A stretch of DNA of 62,932 nt, counting the filler, from Platydemus manokwari (lineage: Eukaryota): the NCBI GenBank assembly GCA_037951405.1. It is 6 parts of 6 records of this genome, joined end to end, with 100 filler letters (N's around TTAATTAATTAA, not from the genome) between each part and the next. Parts side by side here need not be neighbours in the genome. Positions count along the whole stretch, not along the records: positions 53,633 to 62,932 come from JBBMOY011269762.1; 5 more parts are not named here. One strand, given 5' to 3'. The notes beneath the pieces were generated by a model that ran no database searches, was not told the DNA's origin, and saw only the letters and a program-made list of their open reading frames with translations. Shown in pieces: positions 53,751 to 62,932 of this stretch. Both the position numbers and the translations under genes were made by a program. Within the stretch, counting starts at the first letter, position 1. Every line of letters starts with the position of its first letter.

Positions 53751-55792
53751 ATTTATCAACGTTAGCAGTTATTATTCTACTGTAATATGTTATCAATATC
53801 TGTCCACTTCTAATGGTATCAAAACTAATACATACTTAATATTGACTCTCAGTAATTTTCTGCTCATATCAAAACAGATATGCAGTGCATTGATGATTGA
53901 AAATCAATAACATATCATATCAGAATAAATGAATAAGAGTGATAAAAGATGTTCTGAAAGTGTTTGAAGATAAATATGTAGACGAGAAACATTAAAAAGT
54001 GTACGTATGTATGGTCATAACAATAATAGATGACAATACAGACAAACAAACGCATACAATCACCAGGCTGATATCGGTAAATTAAAAGTCCAGCAGAGGA
54101 TGTTGACATAAAGCTTTTGTTTGTCGAACAGTTTGCATATTGAAACGATGCAATTGATGAATGGGATAAAAACAGTCTTGTTGGCATTATCGACTTGTCC
54201 ATTCTTCACGCTGCAATAGACGGGGACAACGAAATGACTTTATTTCAGGCCACACTGTGATGGATAAACATCTTAATTTAATTATAATGCTATGATGACG
54301 TAAACAAATGTTGTAGAGGGGGAGTATTGATTTGTCATTCAAGAGAAAGGAAGTCAAATGATGATGATCCATGGAAACTAGATTATTTATTTAAACAATT
54401 CAAATATATTTGAAATTTTAATATTCTGGTTGCTATGCGACTGAAATTTGCGGAATTAACGTATGGTTTCATTTGAATAATAGATAGAGATAGCAGATTT
54501 TATCAATGATTCTCAATATTCCATTGATGAGACAACGGCTTCATCAATGAGATTGATTAATTTAATTTTGATATTTTTATTATTTTTTTTGCTTTCTATC
54601 AATCAATAAATTCGATGTTTAAATTGTGAAAGATTATTTCTCATGATAAAAGGATTTCGATGAAGAAATAAATTCGAGAACAATGAAATAGTAAGCTGAA
54701 ACCAATGACTACTTTACCTAGTATCGTTCTGACTATCTACTGAATGTGAAATCCCGCTGTTTTAGCATTTCGGTTCTAGCACAGTCATCATATTCCAAAA
54801 ACTCTGTCATGAATTTTAGCCTAAGAGTAACTTTTGGAGATTATTAGAAGTGTAACACAGAAAATGAAAGAAAAATGCGTTCTGCTAATTTTTAGGAGTA
54901 TAAAGTTTTTAAAAATAATTAAATAATTGTTTTAATACATTTTTGTGGGTTGAATTTCTTAAATCATTTTCAAAGCGAATTCAATGAAGAAGTAGCATCT
55001 GGTACCAATGGAATATTTCATTACAAAAGAATATAGCTAATTTTTTAAATCTTATCAATATTTTCGGTCTTCTAAGAGACTAATTGAGCCAATACAAAAT
55101 CAATAAGTACTTTAATTGATCCGAAACAACGACAATGTGAAAAATTTATTCAGAAATTTCAATATTTGACTCCACAGATAATATCGGTTTACCTGAATCG
55201 ATATCAACGGTAATAACGTTCCTCTTTATTTTGTGATCAGCTTATATTGAGGACTTTTCCTACTCAAGCTTGATAATTTCAGAACTGCATCTAATGAATT
55301 CTCTTTTTACAGGACGTCTCTTCTTCTATAGCCGTTTCCACAAACTAACTCATTCACTGTAAGAGTAAATCACGTGGTTTTGCGTGTATCTTATAATTGT
55401 TAATTTGTGTTTATCTCATGCGTGAGTAAAAATATGGTTTTTGTTGCCATTCTAATGTATATAACCAAACTAGGTTCTGTTATTTCGTCAGCACGATACC
55501 AAATAAGAGATATTTGTACCCCCCCCACTCTATAATATTATATAATAATATGTATATAATCATATTAAGGAATCTTTCCCCTTTAATATAATTCTCTTAT
55601 TGAAACAAAATATTTTTATATAACATTTTAGGTTTAACTTCACCGATAATAAGATCTATCGAAACGATTTGAATCAAATTCACCAGAAAATATCTTGGAG
55701 TAAGATGAAACAACCGAAGGAAATTAAATCAAAATATCACAGTATGGAAAAATTCCTGTTTAATATAAAAAATCAAATTCTGAATGTTTATG

Positions 55793-56581
55793 TTAGCTTT
55801 GATTCCCCAACAAAATCTCATGGGGATCAATACCCCCTTTGGTAATATTAAGTAATTAAATTTATTACTAGAATTGGATATATAAAAACCAAAACCAAAA
55901 AACCTTCAGAAATAAGCTTATTCACCAAATCGTCATTCAAATATCGAACCAAATTTGCCATGTATCGGCGAGCACTAAAGCCCGGTCTGACAAGCTTTTG
56001 TCCGTTTCGATTGTTGGCGAATTTCATCCAAACTACATCACTCTACAACAATGTTGACATAATGATAAGCTTGATTAAATGTCAACGCCAAGCTTCAACA
56101 AACCTTCCCACCATACCGAAGAATGGAATTCGTCAAATCCTGAAGTGTATTGATTTGATGATTTAAGTCACCATGAATCTTTTTGCTGAGAGCTTCCGCG
56201 GCTTCAGCCCGACTCAATGTACGTCCTTTAATCTGGGGAAGAACAATGTGTCCATCATTGAATTTTGTAAACCGTTTCATCGAATCCCAGTTATGGGAAT
56301 AGTGATGATAATTTGGATTATGCTTCCTCAAAAGAAGGAAGGATTTCTTGGAAAAATTTTCACTGATTGCATCATCTATAAAGGTGAGCCTGCTAGTTAA
56401 ATTATCGATTTCATCTTTAGTTTTCTCGGCTACCTATTGTAGATCATCAGTGGGATATGCTTCAACTGTTATTTTTACGAACCTCAAAACTCGATAAATG
56501 CTTTGTCATGTTTTCGTCCGTCATTAAACTGTCATCTATACTAGTAAATGTCTTGTTTTGGAAAATATCTTCAGATTTCAT
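55793..56581 (-). CDS. Uncharacterised four-exon gene, ~203 aa
   Basis: ATG at 56581; exons 56581-56483, 56433-56104, 56042-55904, 55836-55793 with short GT-AG introns and consistent phases (MKSEDIFQ...LSRAEAAEALSKKIHGDLNHQINTLQDLTNSILRYGGK|SDVVWMKFANNRNGQKLVRPGFSARRYMANLVRYL...GNQS-stop). The last exon is the least certain. No family recognised. Confidence 0.68.
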
Positions 56582-58113
56582 TGTAGTTTAGAAATTACGT
56601 TGGGTTATTTATAATATTTAACTTAATAGTTTCATTTAATTGATATATTTAAATAAAAGCGACCTTGAAAAATTTATTTCTTCTGTTATATCAGAATTTA
56701 AATTAATTTTCATTTCTAGCCTCAGAATTAAGCGGGGCTTCACATTTCGTGAAAAATTTTCTAATAAAAAAGTGTATAAAAATGCTCATCACAATAACTA
56801 GATTTGGGATCAAAATAGATTAATGCCGCCTGTTTGTAATTGATAATAAAATTGAGTTAAATGGCATGGATCAAGATAGGTATTTAAGAGAAGAATTATC
56901 TATTGCCGGCTTGAATAGTCAATGTTTCCTCCAACAAACCAGAGTAGCTTTGTTAATTGCCTAAAAAATTTAATTTTCTAATACAATTTTACTACGAGAT
57001 CAATAAATTTATGCAGTCCCAAAGTGATCTTCTAAATATTCCAGATCGGATAATTTTTTTATTGCTTTTGTCATTTCAAAATTTAATATTAAAGGTGTGG
57101 AAAAGTGACTAAAAGCCGGTTTAAAGATAAATTCTATTTAATAGTTAAATTTTAAGTAGTGGGATGGATACTGGTCTCCACGACTGCCATTGGCAATGGT
57201 TTTAAATATTTTAAATAACGAGATAATATATTTATTTTCTACACATGCTGGATCAATCAGGCCTTTGGTATCCGAGATTTGAATTGAGAACAAATGAATA
57301 GGTACGCTTCTGATTTTTATAAGCAACTGAGCATTTTTTTAAATTGTAATAAATGCTGTTAATGATCTAATCCTGATTGATGCACACATGCAAATAAGTA
57401 GCTAAATGTTCTGATGCTAATGCCAGATTATATTTATGTTTTCTACGTACTTCAACTAAGTCTGTTGGAATAAAATATATTTACTGAACTGGCATCATCA
57501 CACATGTTATCATTCAAAATCTCTGATGGTTCTTAAGTCGACTGTTTGATTTAGAATTATACAAGTAAGCTTGTTTCATTTACAATCCGTCTTTGAGTAT
57601 TAGATATTAATAAACCGCGTCACATGACTCAATCAATTAATTTTGAGTATTCGTCATTGCATATATTAAAAATATATTTCTAATCCAATAATATTAAGTT
57701 GGAAGTCACAGAAATATTATTGAAGACAGAAAATTTCTTGGTGAAATGATAGAAACTATTTTATCGATCAATATTGTTAGCGTTACAGTAGAATTGAAAA
57801 ATGTGTAATTTATTTGAGCATTATGATTAAGCTAAATTTTGTACCAATCAAATTGATAACAAACCAGATACCATAGCAACTTCAATTGACCCAGTTAATC
57901 CTTAATTTCAAATTGAATCAAATGATATATTTGGAATGTCAACAGGCTATGCTAAACATCAGATAATCGATAAGCCAATATCAAATATGATTGTGAAAAG
58001 GAACAAAAGTGGAATTTATTATTAAATTGATATGGATATGCTAGTGCAATGAACAAACATAGTGAATCATTGAAAGGTGTGACACAAGGATTATTATCGA
58101 TTTTCTATCAGTG

Positions 58114-60824
58114 TCATAATTCAACATCTCTGAATGGTTGGGGTTTCTTTTGTCTATTTTTCGCTTTTGGTTTCACAGGTGGACCCTTTTGATCGAAATC
58201 TGGTTCAAAAGCTCGATCTGAAAAAATAATCAGTCAATCAACACAATGAAGAGTCGATTGAAGATATTACTATCGTGATAATGATTATTATTATTATTAT
58301 TCATGCGTGATAAGTTGTCCGGGCTCCTTGATGACTGCACGGCTGGTGGAGATCGATAGTTATCTGTGTTTTGATAATATGAATCTCTCTGAGCTTCTTC
58401 CTCAACATCGGCTATTTTATCTTGAAGCGATTCGAATATTTCCGAGTTTAATCGATTACGATAATCTTCTGGTTTATTAAGATTGATGACGTACATGACA
58501 ACAGCCGCATAGGTGGCTTCATTAATAAAGGATCACTCATCAATACCTACCAAACCTATATTAATACACTTACAGATAGCTTTGTTTGATGAATGGATCA
58601 GCTCGGATAAACGAGTATTGAAACCTTCTGCCTCAATAATTCTAGCACAATCAGCATATTCCACCATTTCAGCCAGAAGCCCCAAACAAGCTCTTTGAAG
58701 TGAATCAGAATTCTCTTTTACCATCTAAAAATCATCTGGCAGGTTGAAAAACTAATTTATTATTTGTATTATCCACTTACGACTATTTGGCTCACTACTT
58801 GCAACAAGCGATTCTGATAGGAGATGATTTTCTTTGCTAGAGTATCTTTGGCTAATGCCTGAAGCGCAGAAAGAGAGAGTTCAAGAAGATCCTCGAGTCG
58901 AACACCTTCTACAAAGCTCAATTCGGAAGAAATAGAAACAATTGAATTTCTTTGTTGAGATAGTTCGGTTATACCGGAAAAGGTTCGATCAAATATTTCA
59001 CACAAACTATCCGTGATACCGAGGTCTCTGGAGATAAATGATATTATTTGAAAATATGTGGGTAAAGAAATGAAATAGAAAATTATTATATACAGATCGA
59101 TAGTAATTACGACATCATTTTAATGATACCAGCAATTTCGATACCAATATTTTGTAAGGGTATTATCATCATCACAATACCAGCCTGTTTTATGCATAAC
59201 ATGTTAACCAATAATACTGACAAAATTAATATATGATATCATTACGAGTAAACCAACATGATTAATAAGTGGTATCGATACCACAATACCAATATAATCA
59301 AAAAATAATATAGATACCACAATACCAACATAATCAATAAATAACATTGATACCAAATTACCAACATAATTAATAAATAAAATCGATACCACAACACCAA
59401 CATAATCAATGAATAATATCAATACCACAATACCAACATAATCAATAAATAACATCGATACCACAATATCAATATAATCAATAAATAACATCGATACCAC
59501 AATACCAATCATATTCATAACTGATACCCTTGATGGAATAAATAATATTGCCACATTAATATAAAACAATTTTACATATTTTACAAATGTTGATTTTAAA
59601 AATCGTTATTTATTGAATTACAAACACAAGTATTGATTATGATATTGATATGTATTATTTGTTATCTGATAAAAATATTAATAACTATTATCATTATTAT
59701 TATACAATTATTAGTAATAATAATGACATTCACTCACATTAACGATCTGCGACAATGTGGCGAGATAATACTTAAATTGCGCACCAATCCTACTATTGCC
59801 TTGACAAGAGGCAACATTTTATCTGGTTGACCACGAATAAGGACGGATATATTTGATAATAAAGGACTCTGAATGATAATATCGACAGCTTGTTGAGCTA
59901 AATGATTGTTGTGTGTCACGTGACGTAATGCTGCTGCACCAGGCTCAACAACCTCTTCCTGACTGACTCGTTCACATATCAGTTGACAGACAGCTTGAAC
60001 TCCGCCTGATAGAATAATTCGATAATCAAATCAATATCTCAATTTCTAGCAATTATTATCAATATCAACACACAACAACACACCAAATTCAATAAAGGCA
60101 ATTTTGTTCTCCACATTGCCTGATGTCAAATTGCACAGACAGCCCAATGCACAAATTGCCGTGTATTCGTCATCACTACCCAACAATTCGATCAGTTTCT
60201 TCAGCAATTTCTGCATGTCCACAATATTGGATGAATGATCACTCAGATTACGAATACTCCATAAGCACGACAACACAAGACGTTGACTTCCTGATCTCAG
60301 TAGAGTAGATAATGCCTGGAAATAGATGGAAACATTTTATCACTTGATATCTCGTTATAATCGATATTTCAAGGTCAATGATATTATATGATCAAATCAT
60401 ATTTATACCTCCATCGCACCGAGCTCAACTAACACTGGTTTGTTAGCATTGCACACACTGAGCACTTTCAGTAGTTTACTAGCAGCAAATAATAATTTTT
60501 CATATGTGTACTGTCTCATGATTTGGACGACTTTTTCGCTACCTCGGGAGATTAGCATTGAATTCTGTAATCATTGTCATGTCGTTAAATATAATAATAA
60601 TAATGATTATGATAATCATTGCCTTGGATTCATAATTGTTGAATGCCAATTTGTGGAGACAATTAACCACGACAGTCAGAAGCTTCACATCATTTTTATC
60701 CATCTGCTCGACCAATCGCTCTACTCCATTAGCTCGACGAATAAGCTCTTTACTTTCCTCGACATGGTGCATCAAGTTGTCGAGTGTGCTAACAATGGAT
60801 TGAACGGTTTTCATGGATCTTGAC
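58114..60824 (-). CDS. beta-catenin: Beta-catenin (armadillo repeats ~3-12 and C-terminal tail), probably an adhesion-type paralog (planarian beta-catenin-2-like); 5' exons not recovered beyond the gap at 60948
   Basis: Exons 60824-60623, 60564-60409, 60315-60084, 60005-59738, 59027-58781, 58724-58574, 58516-58271, 58217-58114. Motifs: [118 protein letters not shown]; ends FRDVEL-stop. Confidence 0.95.
59245..59520. repeat. 36-bp minisatellite, ~7-8 copies, in a beta-catenin intron
   Basis: Unit CCACAATACCAACATAATCAATAAATAACATCGATA starting at 59281, 59317, 59353, 59389, 59425, 59461 and 59497 (partial), with a degenerate unit at 59245. Confidence 0.92.
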
Positions 60825-60879
60825 CTAATAATAATAATAATATTATAATAACAATAACGATAATAATAACAATAATAAA

Positions 60880-60914
<35 letters not shown>

Positions 60915-62932
60915 TAATGATAATAATAACAATAATAATGTTAACAANNNNNNNNNNNNNNNNNNNNNNNNNNNNNNNNNNNNNNNNNNNNNNNNNNNNN
61001 NNNNNNNNNNNNNNNNNNNNNNNNNNNNNNNNNNNNNNNNNNNNNNNNNNNNNNNNNNNNNNNNNNNNNNNNNNNNNNNNNNNNNNNNNNNNNNNNNNNN
61101 NNNNNATAATAATAATAAAATATGAATAAAATTTTATCTTAAAACAATTAAGAAAGCAACAATCATGTTTATTATTTCCCGAAACATGTTATTGGACTGT
61201 ATTGACATGGCAGTGCTTTTCCAGAGAATTTACGTTTTCCGAGAAATTTTCTTATTCGTTCCATATTCATTCCAGAAAGAAATCTATTATATTCCATTGG
61301 TTTCGTTAGTTGATCTCCTTGGATGTCCATCTTTAACAAAATTAAATATCATGAAGATTGCTTTAAATATAATTTATCGCTTAATATTTATTAGAAATAC
61401 TAATTTACGAATAGAATTTTCAATCACCCATTGGGATGATGATCAATACCATCGTGAGTAATAAAATGAACAAAAAGTATTTATCAATGTTAATAATATT
61501 GTAAATAAATTATTACACTTAGAGGTATAATATTATACAATAAAAACCCCTCTGCATAGCGGATAAGTGTCAAAATTGCGGACTAAAATAGTAATGGGTT
61601 CTAATCCATCAAAGAGAGAATCTTTGACCACCTATTGGCTTCTCTTTTAAGTAAGTACGGATCCAATTTGTTTATTTATTACATGTCTATATTGTTAATG
61701 ATCTCCCGAGAACCCAAATAGTACACTATGATAATAAAAAAAAATTAATAAATCCAGTAACTAGTCATCATAAGAGTTATATACAATCGAGAAATAATAA
61801 CTTGGCTACAATTTCAGTTTTATTTTCCACAATAAAGGAATAATTTTCATGAATAAACCAAATTCGAAATTTTTCCTGTGAGTTTTCTATACTATGTAAT
61901 TCGATATTGTAGATTTATTATGAATACAAGCCAAATATTGTTTTGTAATATCTCATCCAATTTACCAAGCCAATTTTAAACAAACTTGGAAAACAGAAGA
62001 AAAATCATTTTCAAAATATCTTAATCTTCATTCAATTTAATTCCAACTTAAGATTGATCCCAAGAATTTAAATTATGGTTTTTATGGTTACATTTTAAAG
62101 TCAAAACTTCTTAAAGTCGAATGTCGACAAAATCCAGATTTTTCTGGCTTAACTTATGATTCATTCCATTTATAAGTTTATAAGTTATTTCTAGCAGGAA
62201 TAGGGATTCAATCCGAAGTTGTGGTGAATAGTGTGTCAGCATTTGATCACCAAACAACCTCTTTTACACACTGATTTTCAATTAGAACCAGCATTGAAGT
62301 TCATTTTCATCACAAATGTTTAATAAAATAAATTCTAGAATATTTACATTAATTTTTGCTATTTTTTTTAATTTGTTTGGAAAATATTGATTCATGTGCT
62401 CAACGGATAAATAACTCTATTTAATATTTTGATTTTTTAAAATAATTGTTAAATATAACAGTGTTTTGACTTTCATTTCTTAAATCGCACCGGGTCACTT
62501 CTAGTATATTATCGAACCCAGTAATTATACTTTAAAAATATACATTTGTTTATAAACAAATTGATGAAGTCATAAAGTAATTCAAATGTTGGAATACCGA
62601 CAACTACAATATTTTCTTATCAATTCATGCGTATAACAACAAGCACTTCCATATATTGGTTATAAACTAATCAATTTAAAATTCATTTTAAGGCACAACA
62701 AAAATATGGTTATTTATATATTATTGTGTGTGTAGATATGAAATCATTGGTTTATAGTATCAGTTTATAATATATTGGAGCCATCATATACTCCACTCCA
62801 TTCAACTTGTTTTAACTCAAAACTCTGTTATTTGAGTTAATTATCATCTGAAACTTTATCGGTATTTTATACTAGTAATTTCATTTTAATATAAAATAAT
62901 GAGATCTTTTTAAAGATGAAAATAATTGTGAA

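Noticed and set aside
59245-59520. CRISPR-like array (36-bp periodicity)
   Set aside because: Head-to-tail tandem units without unique spacers, in a eukaryotic intron, with no cas genes.
61200-61330. Candidate beta-catenin 5' exon (MDIQGDQLTKPMEYNRFLSGMNMERIRKFLGK, minus strand)
   Set aside because: No similarity to beta-catenin N-termini or arm repeats 1-2; unsupported.

Overview
Very AT-rich eukaryotic (animal) genomic DNA, most likely a triclad planarian. This is an inference from the composition, the many 43-60 nt introns, an FMRFamide-receptor-type GPCR and a divergent beta-catenin. The window is not one contiguous molecule: five 100-nt gaps carry an artificial N44-TTAATTAATTAA-N44 six-frame-stop linker, so adjacency across them is unproven. 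Genes I can reconstruct exon by exon: the 5' part of an anosmin-1/KAL1 homolog (+), an intronless FMRFamide-receptor-like GPCR (-), a 285-aa orphan ORF (-), two internal exons of a TULP4 homolog with a ~130-aa loop insertion (-), the last three exons of a Dicer (-), a two-exon secreted PAN/apple + TCAF(FAM115)-N-terminal-like protein (+) that apparently sits antisense in a Dicer intron, a complete FUNDC1/2 gene (-), a four-exon ~203-aa uncharacterised gene (-), and the 3' part of a beta-catenin (-) with a GC-AG intron and adhesion-paralog-like substitutions. Intergenic DNA holds many transposon relics: Tc1/mariner (DUF4817), hAT MITEs, a Sola-like MITE, a GG-terminal TIR family with about 6 copies, a gypsy RNase H fragment and a dispersed retroelement-like family. 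No rRNA, tRNA or CRISPR array was recognised. The most unusual item is the PAN + peptidase-less TCAF-N fusion gene. All homology calls are by-eye comparisons with remembered family sequences, not database results.
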